The notes beneath the pieces were generated by a model that saw only the letters and a program-made list of their open reading frames with translations, had not been told where the DNA came from and made no database searches. A program made the translations under genes and the position numbers. From positions 15,252,001-15,316,000 of the forward strand of contig NC_043016.1 in NCBI RefSeq assembly GCF_006345805.1: a stretch of DNA of 64,000 nt, given 5' to 3'. This document shows positions 38,400 to 49,625 of this stretch, piece by piece. The stretch's first letter is position 1. Every line of letters starts with the position of its first letter. This DNA is from Octopus sinensis (lineage: Eukaryota).

Positions 38400-41300
38400 C
38401 ATTTAGGATGGAATACTTTGATCTTCTGGTTAGAACTTTGAAAGATTTTGTATATGGGCTTGTACAGCATCATACCAAACAGACATAAGTATTATTGTTG
38501 AATATCAGATGGAACATGTATCGTGATATTCTGAAAATGAGGAGCAACAGATGACAGATTGAACATATAGTTCATTGAATCTTGGGAATTTTGAAGTGAG
38601 AAAGGGATAATTGTTTGTCCAGGTAGCATCAATGTTCAGCTGACATAGAACCAATTCCTTCTTTGATCAGGGAATGAATTCTAAGATGGATAAGTGGCAA
38701 TTATTCCAGCTAGTTGCTATTATCAAGCTCTGATGACAGACAACTGTTGTTGGTGGAATCTGTTAACCATGTCATTAGCTGCAGGATGTTAAGCAATTGT
38801 GTACATCAACATATAACCAAGAAGTGTCAGTTCTGTAAGCAAGTTTGCTTCAAACTGGCATCTTCTGTCTGTCTCTCTGAAGTGGTATACCAAAATGTGG
38901 AATCCAGTGTCAAACTAGCGCTTTAGCAATGGTTTCCACCATGATGGTCTGACAGAAGGATGACTTCAGGCCTAAGAGAAAACTGGTCCATGCACATCAG
39001 AAGGTGCATAAAGTTTTGAGAAGGTGGCAGGGGCCTTAAAATAGCAATATATATCTGCTGAAAGCATGCATCCAGTGTCTACAAAGTGCCCAGAGATTAT
39101 TTAACATGGTGATGACCTGGCAATGGACACAATTCCTGGCCCATTCTCTGATGGTTTTGTTCATTATAGGCCGATATCAACTTCAGGGTGGAGAGCAAAG
39201 AAAGCCAAACATCTGTGTTTCTGTAATACATAGATGTCCCATTCATTGGGATGTTTGGTGGCGAGATGACATAGCAACAATAACCTGAAGAAGGTAGAGA
39301 AAGAAGAATAATTTTGGAAGTTTGAAGAGCTCATCATCTTATTCTTGATCAGCAACCAGTTCCTAGAGGTTGATGGAAGCAGGAGTTTGTAATGCATTAA
39401 TGTGGATAAGAAAAAAATGCATCACCATTTCATGGCAATCTTAGCATGATCAAAAAAAAAAAAAAAAGAGAGTGACAAAGAAACGAAGATGTGCTAGAAA
39501 CAACAGCCAACTCTTACTGTGCTGAATATCTGTTGTAAAATGGGGCGTGAAGTTGAGTGAGTGGCAGTTAGGCTCGGAATTCATAGCATATGTAAGGGGG
39601 TTCATGATCTGTGTAAACAGAGAAAACAAAACTGTGTGAGCGAGAAATGTTTAACACTGAGGTGCACTGCAAGTTGTTCCCAGCCAAGAGTACTGTACTT
39701 TGTTTTAGTCAATGAAAGCTGCTTAGAAAAGAAGGCAGTTTACCATGTACCATTATTGTATTGCTGAAGAATGCCACTGACACCAGCATCGGATGCATCA
39801 GGATTAGGATTAACCAACATAGTAATGTCGGCTAAAGATCTTGAGTTTAAGAAAGACAGCAAACTCTATATAATGGAGAATAATGGACTGGTTCTTGCAT
39901 GTACAATTGGCTGAGATATCTGTGAGGAGTTGAAGCTGTTCTGCATAATGGGAAATAAATTGATAGTTTCTCAACTTGACCAATTTCTGTTTATTTCCTC
40001 AGTGATGTAGGAAAAGGAAAATCTAAGGTCAATACAATGTCCCAGGAAATCTAAAGAAGAAACCCCACAAAAGGGCACTTACTATAGTTCCTAATGACAC
40101 CATGTCAAGGAAGATGATTGGAAAGTAACTGCAAGTGTTCTCTTGTTCATCTTTGGTTGCACTGGCAATCAGCAGATTATTGCTATGTGCTATGATGAAG
40201 GTAGTCTGTGATCTACATTATCAATGAAATGTTGTTGGTAAAGCATTGCATGAACCAAAAATCAACTTGTGGAATTCAGAAAGACCAAAAGATGTTGTGA
40301 TGGCCATTTTAGGAATATTGTCTCAGCAATATTTGATTATAAGCATAGACAAAATTGATTTTTGAAGACATTTTAGTACCATGCAGCGTGGAAGAAAAAA
40401 ACTCCTGTATATGAGGTATTTGTCAGTTCTTATATGCACATTGAGAATCTGTTAGTCACCATAAGGCCACTAGTTACCTGCAGATTTTTTGGGGAACCAT
40501 ATGAAGAGGAGAGACACAACTGTTGCTAGAAGGACAAATTATGCCCAGTTTTCATGGCAATCTTAGCATGATCAAGAGCAAGTCACCAGGGAGAAGAAAC
40601 CACAGGAGGTCTTTCAGTAATCATGCAGTCAGTTATTGTGATTCATTGAAAAGTTTTTGAAAACAGGGTAAGAGATGTTAGGGTGTTTGCACCAAATAGC
40701 ATCATACCTTCTTGAAGAAGACAGGACTGAAAGAACCCTTGTGCTAACACCTTGAACATATAGCTAGCATTGAAATCAACTAATCTGTAGTGTTTATCAT
40801 AATGACAAGGGTAAAATGGTACAAAAAAATCAACTCCAAGAATCAGTCAGCACTTTAGCAATGAAACACTTTGTTACCGTTTGCCCCAGTGTCCACAAGA
40901 AATGAGAATCTCTTGATTAGCCGTTAACATTGAAGAGTTTAGGAGGAGCCAGGTGCAGTCATCATTTATTTCTATCCTTGCCATTCCTAGATGAGATTTA
41001 AAAAAAATTAAAATTGAATTTATAAAACGTTTCTAGAGTGTAGTTTTTAATAATTGCTCTCTTTTAACGAAAGTCCATGCAACTAATTAATAAGCAGCTT
41101 CCTTTATTTTGTGTATGTTTGTCATCATCATCATCATCATCGTTTAACGTCCGTTCTCCATGCTAGCATGGGTTGGACGGTTCGACAGGGGATCTGGGAA
41201 GCCAGAAGGCTGCACCAGGCTCCAGTCTTATCTGGCAATGTTTCTACAGCTGGATGCCCTTCCTAATGCCAACCACTCCGTGAGTGTAGTGGGTGCTTTT

Positions 41301-42560
41301 TACGTGCCACCTGCACGGGTGCCAGGCGAGGCTGGCAATGGCCACGGTCGGATTGGTGTATTTTACGTGCCACCGGCACGGAAGCCAGTCGAGGCGGCGC
41401 TGGCATCTATATATATAAAATATGACTTTCTGTTGGTGTGTGTGTAGTGTTCTTTTTTTATTTTAATTTTTCCCATAAAGAACAAAGAGACGAGAATACA
41501 TCTCTAGAATTTGTATGTCAGTAGCTATTTACAAAAATCTTGCCTGTTTTTGTAATTTTACTTACTCATCAATTTTGCAATCTATACATCACTGAAGCTG
41601 CAGAAAAGGCCACTAGGTAACTGTGGATAAAGAGGCACTGGGATGCAAGTTGGAATTTGGTCAATCCCAGCTGGGCCAACACTAACATCACTGCTGATGC
41701 ATCACAGAACATCCTTGAGATGTGTCCTAAAACTAAAACTTTCTGCTAATCACTTTTTATCCAAAGACCTCAACCTGATTTTTGACACTTCAGCATTTTA
41801 TTACATAGTCAGATGTACTGATAATTATAGGCATAAGTGAAAATTTATAATCACAGATGCTGCGGGTTTCAAAGTATCTGTAAATCATCTTTTTCACTGA
41901 TCAAGTGTGTCTATTTATTTTTGTCCTACAGAGAGGAAGCAGCTTCTAGTCTCATCATCATATAACATCCATGTTCCATGCTGGCATGGCTTGGATGGTT
42001 TCTCATGATCTGATGTGACCAAGAACTGCATCAAGCTCCAACAAAAATGTACTCTGAGTAAGATTGACCGGTTCTAGTTATTTGCATACAGGTATGTTCT
42101 CTAGTAGTGTCTGTAGAATTTCATTGGGCAAACAAAACAATGCCTACTCAAAAATGAGTTGACATTAAGATGGTAATTACTAATCAGAATCAGATAATCT
42201 GTTCTTTTATTTGTTTTGCAGGAAGAATCTTCTTGTGCGACCCAGTTCTATTTATGTATCAAGTCTGAATGTATAGATAGGAGTGTGTGTGTATTAACTT
42301 TTGTTTCAGTCATTAGATTGCAGCCATACTTACACACACACATGCATATATATGTATACATACATGTATACACACACATAATAATAATTTTATATTCAGA
42401 TAGACACCTTTTAGTTTGCTGTTTAAAGCCCATCCACAGTATTTGGCTACCTGGTGTCAGCAACAGTATGGAGGTATATGCCACTGGATTTACTTCAGGA
42501 ATTGCTTTGTGTCCATAGAGTTTACAAAATATATGAGACAAAGCAAATGAAATTCATGAG
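38400..42560 (-). mobile_element. Ty3/Gypsy LTR retrotransposon internal relic (gag-like, PR, RT, RNase H, IN)
   Basis: Minus strand: SPLHMVPKK (RT), SDAGVSGILQQ and FSKQLS..KYST (RNase H), IREWARNCVHCQ, HWIPHFGIP and HPAANDMVNRFHQ (IN); gag-like remnants at 41.5-42.5 kb. LTRs not identified. Confidence 0.85.
41125..41410 (-). mobile_element. Young RTE 3'UTR copy inserted in the Gypsy relic
   Basis: catcatcatcgtttaacgtccgttctccatgctagc... with two ~60-bp units. Confidence 0.9.
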
Positions 42561-42595
42561 AATCTTTATTATTAACTACTCCTGTTTTGACCCAT

Positions 42596-43233
42596 CGTAC
42601 ACCGGTGCCTCCCAAGTGAGATGCTATACAAACAGTTGTTGTGCATCGAAGGCACAGATGTGTCTCATGAGGTACTCATATAAGCAATAAGGTGACATAT
42701 AATAAATCAAAAAGTCAAAATATAATTAATAAATGAATTAAATTATATGTTGTATACTGATAATGAAATGTTATTAAGTAAAACTGTAAGAGAACCATTA
42801 CACATCAGAATGCATCAAAAACAATCAGACATTCAAATTGACCTAAGCTGACCTTTACATTTTTACAAAACAAATCATTTGTTTCATGGAAATGTGAAAA
42901 AAAGGTCAGTTTAGGTCAATTTGAATGTCTGATTGTTTTCGTTGCATTCTGATGTGTAATGGTTCTTTTATGATTCATTATCCGTTTACACTGTATCATT
43001 TTATTCTCTGTAGGCCATTGCTTATGAAATGAATTCTACATTGTAACCCAGTTCCTCATGTAGACAACTAATACACTACAACTACCAAAATGTATTCAAA
43101 TAGAAATAAGCGAAATGGAGATTAAAGAACAAAGTACCTGTGGATAAGTCACCTGATGAAATGCATCCGCATCTACAATGCACCACAACTGTTTGTACAG
43201 TATGTCACCTGTGATGCACCGGTGCATGATGAA
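42596..43233. repeat. Nested foldback: inner hairpin 42791-42966 within diverged outer arms (42596-42680, 43150-43233)
   Basis: Inner 66-bp arms show about 3 differences; outer catcgtacaccggtgc..caaacagttg is complementary to caactgtttg..gcaccggtgcatgatg. Confidence 0.8.
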
Positions 43234-43297
43234 TCATAACAATAGTAGTGAATAACAAATCTCATGAATTCCATTTCCTTATACATATCTACCTATC

Positions 43298-43353
<56 letters not shown>

Positions 43354-43634
43354 GCATCATCATCATCATTTAATGTCTGTTGTCCATGCTGGGATGGGTT
43401 CGACGGTTTGACTAGGGCTGACAAGCTGAGGGGCTGCACCAGACTCCAGTCTGGTTTGGCATAGTTTTCTACAGCTGGATGCCATTGCTAATGCCAAGCA
43501 CGCCGAGAGTGTAACAGGTGCCTTTTTTTAATGTACCACTGGCACCAGTATCTGCCACGGCTACAATTTCACTTGGTTTGATCGATCTTCTACTCATATA
43601 TATTATATACACACACATCCACACAAGCATATAA

Positions 43635-43960
43635 ATACACATTGTAGCACTCCTTCTATTACAATGACAAGGGTTCCAGTTGATCCGATCGATGGAACAG
43701 CCTGCTCGTGAGATTAACATGCAAGTGGCTTAGCACTCCACAGACACGTGTACTCTTAACATAGTGTGACAAAGCTGGACCAGGTACAACTGAAACAGGA
43801 AGAAAGAGTACAGCAGGGTTTGCCACCACACCCTGCTGGAGCCTCATGGAGCTTTAGGCGTTTTCGCTCAGTAAACACACTGCCCGGTCTGGGAATCGAA
43901 ACTGTGATCCTACGACTGTGAGTCGACTGCCCTAACCACTGGGCCATTGCGCCTCCACTT
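43635..43960 (-). mobile_element. tRNA-derived SINE family C
   Basis: Minus-strand head ggaggcgcaatggcccagtggttagggcagtcgactc..gtttcgattccc with A/B boxes; non-tRNA body. Confidence 0.75.
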
Positions 43961-44389
43961 AAATACACATATATGTAGTATATACGTATACATATTTACC
44001 CTCTATTTGTATACACTCTATTAACTGGTGTTTACAGGAGTGCTGACCAAAGATCAAGCTCAGGTTCATTAGTCCTTTCTTATCTTGTGTGTATGTTTCA
44101 TTTTGTAATATTCTATAGAAACTAAACTCCTTAAAATAGATTCTCAGTTCTTAAAAGATCCTTTTTCTCTTTAGATATAAATATTTATTGATAGATTGCC
44201 AACATGCTCCCTGTTCTTTGTATCCCGTTTCAAACAAACATCTTTTGAACCTTCTAGTGTCAGCAGTGACAGGAACAGAGTACTGTTGTGGTTTCACCAA
44301 TTCAGAGAAAAATGGAGCTAAGCAAATCAGTATTATTATTATTATTATTATTATTGTTTATTGTTGTTGTTGTTGTTGGTGCATCAGGC

Positions 44390-44570
44390 AGAATGCTGAG
44401 TGGCATTTCTTCTTGCTCTTTCTGTTCTGAGTTCAAATGCTGTTGAGGTTGGCTTTTCTTTTCAACCTTTTTAAGTTGATAAACTTAGTACCAGTTCAGT
44501 ACTAGGGGGTAATGTAATCAGCTTCCCCCTCCCCTCAAAATTACTGGCCTTGTACTAAAACCAGAAAAAA
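44390..44570 (+). mobile_element. SINE family B fragment
   Basis: ttctgagttcaaat..gttgataaacttagtaccagt core. Confidence 0.7.
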
Positions 44571-45439
44571 AAAAATCATTGTTATTATTATTTTTGTTCA
44601 TTGTTATTATGGTTATTATTATTTTTGATTGTATTAATTTGTACTTAAGTGCTCTCAAGTTTCTTTGTTTATTCATATGTCTAGATAAGTTTTCATTGTT
44701 GATATGTTATTTATCTTTTAATCTAACCAAGATTCCAAAGGGCTGTTAGCTCTTTTGTTCCTGTGGGGTAGAAAATTTAAAGGTTTTTTCCCCCTCCTTC
44801 TTTAAAAAAAATTTCAGAAATTTAAAAGAAGGTAATGTGCTTAAAAGCCACTCAGCTAGAGGAAGAAGTAGATAATTCAAAAAGAGGCCAAAACCTACTT
44901 CGGAATCTCTTCCTTTCAATTGATTAAATGAACAGAGATTTTTCTCCTCCACCTCTTCCTCCATGTATAGTGTAAAATGTCTGGAAAGCAATACCACCTT
45001 TACTACTGCAATGAACAGGAACAGCAACAACATTCCAAACAAAGAGAAAAATAGACAACTACATATCAAATTTCGTCACATCAAGTCATAGTGCTGACTG
45101 CAAAAAACACTGACGATGGCAGCGGCTATAGCAAAAAAAGGAAGAAGAAGAAGAAAATGAAGATCAAAAGTACTACTATCACCAGTGCTACCATCATTGC
45201 CACTGCTGTGTTAGCAGTGACAGCAGCAGCAACAACAACAACAAAAATAACAAAGAATGTGATAACAAGCAAAGCACCCTTTTCACTATCAGCACCATTA
45301 TGACTGCTACTGACTCTTACATTGACACTACTAATACTACTATTATTATTTACTACTGTAACTGCACAAAGTAGTAGCAGTGTTGTACCACAAACGTGAA
45401 ACCCTTCACAAAAGCAGCAACAAATATCATCCCGGTTTC

Positions 45440-46850
45440 TATTGCAGACACACCAATTTAAAAATTGCTGAACAACTTGTAAAAAAAATCTGTAAAGAGG
45501 AATGTTACAGGTAACCCCAAAAGCCTAATAGAGAAAATTGCCAGATGAACAATAGTTTACAAATGTGTGTTGCTCAGAAACCGATGTGTGAAATGGCCGC
45601 TCATACCTTAGTTGAATGGAGCTTGTGAGAAATATGGGTGAATATAGATTTGTAAAAGTGCAGTTCTTCAATGAGAACTGCAAAAAGATTTACAAAAATT
45701 TACTCAAAATAGTGTGAATGCATGTGGTTTAGGGTTGTCTTGGAAGCAGAGGCTCAAAAACCTCAAATCACTAGACATAGATGGGGTTGGCCATCAGCAA
45801 AACCAAAATTTCTGAGGTACATGCCTTTTTGCTCATCTTCAATATCTATGAAATATACAGGTCTCTAAGCTGAGCAGGATTGGAATGTAGATTTTACTGT
45901 GTTGCTTCAGAAAATATCGATCCCACAATACGGACTCTTCCTGAACCCAGAGATTAAGGTGGTACTGGACAAGATAATAGTGCAGGCCATACCACCCACC
46001 CATCTTTTGATGACTAGTCTTTCCTGGAATGGCCTGCTTTTTAGTGCTAGTTAGAAGTTGAAATGACATCATGGTTGCATTGATGTGGCTAGGTGGGACT
46101 TGCTGATTGGAGAATGGGGAGAAAAGCCTCACAAACCTGTTCAGATATTTCCAATGGGTATTGATTAGAATTGTCAAACTGACTAATGTAGTCATGGACA
46201 AACTACATTGTTTGCTACAGATAGTATCCGGATATTGTGTAGGTATTGATGAAACTTTTCACCGGAGGCCCATAGTTAACTTCCAGAAATCCCTGGCCTG
46301 GCAGTACTAAGGGAGAGCATTTCCAATTTAAGATAAATTCTACACAAGTGCTGTTAACTGGGCCTGTTTAAGATGTGTGTAGGTCAACAAAACTATTCTA
46401 CATGTACTTGTCCATTGCCCTAGCATTGCCGGATTGTAGAATTATGTCAAATAGCTGCTGTTGCATGTAGGATGAATTCAGCTTTCAGTCAAGTCTATTC
46501 TGGAAATTGTTTCACTGCCTTTTCTTTTTTTAGTCAGGAAGAGCAAGCATCTCTGTGGCAGTTTTGGCTAAAGAGTTTGTGTTGTGGAGATTGAAAAGGC
46601 TAAGACCCTCATCAACTTTTTCAAGTTTCATTTGGAAAAGAAAGGTAACAGTTGAGAGGGAGACACTGCCCCCCCCCCCCCCGCAAAAAATTTGTTGAAA
46701 TGTTGAATGGGAGTTTCAAGCATCGTTTCAATGAAGGACCCTTCTTTGATCATGTGAATGATCAGAGACAACTGGGACTGGGTTCTTGCCTTAATGGTCT
46801 TGGTGACTAGTTTCCTTTCTTTTAAGGAAGTTTCTTTGTTTAAATTTTTG
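45440..46850 (+). mobile_element. L1/Tx1-clade LINE 3' relic
   Basis: NFQKSLAWQY*GRA..DKFY..CLRCV..TILHVLVHCP..FFKFHLEK, a Tx1-type C-terminal zinc-finger region. Confidence 0.75.
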
Positions 46851-46989
46851 GTTTTTATTGTTTTTGTTATTTCACTTGTTTAACTCTTTTTTTCTTCTAT
46901 GTAATTCCATACAGCATTATCCTCTATAGTCATTATTTTTTTCCAATCACTATGGTTAAAAAAAAAGGAAGTGTTATTATCAGTTATAT

Positions 46990-47430
46990 TAAGGCAGCAA
47001 GTTGGTGGAATCGTTAGCATGTTGGAGAAAATAGCATTTCTTCTGACTCTTTATGTTCTGAGTTCAAATTCTGCCAAGGTCAACTTCACCTTCCATCCTT
47101 TGAGAGTCAGTAAAATAAGTACCAGTTCTGCACTAGGATTGATGTAATCAACTTACCCACTCCTCTAAAATTGCTGGCCTTGTGCCAAAATTAGAATTAT
47201 TGTTGTTGTTACTGTTATTGCTTTGGGTTGGCAGAAATGTTTGAGCATCAGAAAGGAATCCCTTGCAGCATTTGTTGTAGCTTTTTACATTCTGTGTTCA
47301 AATCACACCAAGGTTGAGATTGCCTTTCATTCCTTCAAGGTTAATCAAATGAAATACTAATCAAGCACTGGGGGTTGATAGAATTGGCTAAGCCCTGTCT
47401 CCTCAGAATTGCTCGTTTTGTACCTAAATT
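46990..47430 (+). mobile_element. Two tandem degraded SINE family B copies
   Basis: ggcagcaagttggtggaatcgttagc head; ttctgagttcaaattctgcc..aagtaccagt..ggccttgtgccaaaa. Confidence 0.75.
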
Positions 47431-48744
47431 AAAAGCCTTTTTTTTATCACTAAGATTGTGCACTTCTCTAAATGGTAGAAGTTTTGATATACTCAAATGT
47501 TTTAAGGCATTCTTCTAAATTTCTAGAACATTCTTCTTTATAAATAAATAGTCATTGACAGAATTTTTGTCCTTCCACTCTCATACTCTTATCTCTACTG
47601 ATGAAGCATTATATACATTTATTATTGATCCCTGCTTTGGTAAACATGATTGTTCAATTAAATCAGACTCTTACTTTCTTTTACCAAAACAAATACAACC
47701 AATTAGCATTATTCCAGTTACACTAATTCACCACTCTCTCTCTCTCTCTTTCTCTCCTCCACTCCAAACAAACCAACCAGCCTACTGGTGGCTCTGTTCC
47801 TTTTCTTATCACTTTACTATGAGTCCTTAAAAGCATTATGAGGGGTTGCTCCTCGGTCAAACAAATTCACCATTTTACTGTAAACCTTTCCTTCAACCAC
47901 TTCTAACAAACTGTACTCTCCAAACAAAACCAATCTACAATAAGTTCCTTTCCTCTTCTTACTTCAAATTTGTGAGCCCTGTTAGTATTTGTTGATGAGA
48001 TATGAGCCATAGTGAGAGTGATCCAATTAGAAGATCAGAAACCCTGCAGGGGGAAGATGATTATAACTACAAGATCAGTATGAAAGAACTATGGAACCCA
48101 CAAGCAAACTGCAGTATAGATGACCCATCCAGGAGAGTAGTAGTTCTGGAAACTGGCATAGTGTAGTGAGAATCTTTCTAGTGCCAGTAACACGATAAAA
48201 TGCATGTAGTCCATGCCGCACAATGGGTGGTGATAGGAAAAGCAACAAACCAATTAAATCATCCCAAAATAAAATGATCAGAACTGGACTAAAACTTACC
48301 ATATTAGTATAGTTCATGGTGGTGGGTTGATCTGTTTGGAACATGTAAATGTGAATGACAACAAACCCTCAATGATAATGAAATGATTAAACCAACTCTC
48401 TTTCAGATGTAGATAATACATATTAATCCATTCAACTCTAAAAACTCCCATATTTCTGTGAATTACTAAAATTCAGATCAACCATGATGAATGGACGATG
48501 GAAGGTAGGTCTAGAGAGACTTTAGAGATGTAGGAAGAGAGTCAAGTAAGTATGCATTGAGAACAAGAGGTGAGGTAGAAAGGAGCCTTGGTTAGGTGTT
48601 TTATGGATGAGGAAAACATGAAAAATTTTGTGGATGAGCAACATCACTGGGATGGGTAGTCTTGGCAATTATTTTGTAGTTATTATTGAGTTGCAAGAAA
48701 ACTCTTTCATGTAAGGTAATCTTGTTTGCTTTGTTTTGTTTCAG

Positions 48745-48863
48745 TTTATATTCAAAAATTTAACTTTTGTAGGGGTGAGGGAACTGCCTATTTTGTATTT
48801 TCATGCTGTTAAATTGTCAAAATTAACAATTAACTGAATTCTTTTTTTCCTCCCTACATTTTG
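48745..48863 (+). other. Candidate Rab9 5'UTR exon followed by a 62-nt intron (48864-48925)
   Basis: Acceptor ttgttttgtttcag, donor TTG|GTGAGT, downstream acceptor ttttacattttcag directly before the ATG. Confidence 0.45.
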
Positions 48864-48925
48864 GTGAGTGAAGCAAGTTGCTCTCTTTCAATAGGTTAAT
48901 GCATATTTTTGTTTTACATTTTCAG

Positions 48926-49543
48926 ATGGGATCTAAATCAAAACTATTGAAAGTAGTTTTGCTTGGAGATGGAGGTGTTGGTAAAAGTTCCTTGATGAAC
49001 CGTTTTGTAAGCAACAAATTTGATACTCAGTCATTCCATACCATTGGCGTAGAATTTCTAAATAAAGAGATCTCAATTGGTTCTGAAAGTTACACCATGC
49101 AAATTTGGGATACTGCTGGTCAAGAAAGATTTAAAAGCTTACGGACACCATTTTATCGTGGTGCTGATTGTTGTCTGCTGACATATGCTGTTGATGATGT
49201 AAAAAGTTTTGAAAATGTTTCAATGTGGAAGAAAGAATTTCTCTATTATGCTGATATTGATGATGAAAGCACATTTCCTTTTGTAGTTATTGGCAACAAA
49301 ATAGACGTTGGACAAAGACTGGTTTCTTATAATACTGCCAGTGAATGGTGTGAGAAAAATGGGCACGTTCCATACTTTGAGACCAGTGCAAAAGATTCCA
49401 CTAATGTTGAAGTTGCATTCACAGCTGCTGTGAAGCGATTAAAAGACCTTGAAGATAAATGTGCTGAAGTAAAGCCCTCCCATGGAAATACAGTTGACTT
49501 GAACAAGAAGAAAGAATCTCAGTCCACTGGTTGTTGTAACTGA
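48926..49543 (+). CDS. Rab9: Ras-related protein Rab-9, 205 aa, single coding exon
   Basis: MGSKSKLLKVVLLGDGGVGKSS, FDTQSFHTIGVEFLNK (Rab9-type effector region), WDTAGQERF, LRTPFYRGADCC, GNKID, ETSAK, C-terminal GCCN. The ORF-track start at 48878 is intronic read-through. Confidence 0.97.
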   Translation: MGSKSKLLKVVLLGDGGVGKSSLMNRFVSNKFDTQSFHTIGVEFLNKEISIGSESYTMQIWDTAGQERFKSLRTPFYRGADCCLLTYAVDDVKSFENVSMWKKEFLYYADIDDESTFPFVVIGNKIDVGQRLVSYNTASEWCEKNGHVPYFETSAKDSTNVEVAFTAAVKRLKDLEDKCAEVKPSHGNTVDLNKKKESQSTGCCN

Positions 49544-49619
49544 GGATATTTTGATAACGGTTTTGTGCTATTAACAGCACTTTACCCTTTCACTCTATTA
49601 TCATTGTCTGTGACCAAGA

Positions 49620-49625
49620 AATAAA
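49620..49625 (+). terminator. First AATAAA downstream of the Rab9 stop (candidate proximal polyA signal)
   Basis: Motif only; the region is AT-rich, so chance occurrence is possible. Confidence 0.3.

Noticed and set aside
43150-43185. CTGATGA followed by an ATGC/GCAT mini-stem
   Set aside because: Lacks GAAA and a cleavage triplet, so it is not a hammerhead.
43880-43960. Possible tRNA gene on the minus strand
   Set aside because: No full cloverleaf; it continues into a SINE body.
48878-48925. 16-aa N-terminal extension of Rab9 in the ORF track
   Set aside because: It starts at TTG and is a pyrimidine-rich intron end finishing in ttttcag; the Rab homology begins at ATG 48926.
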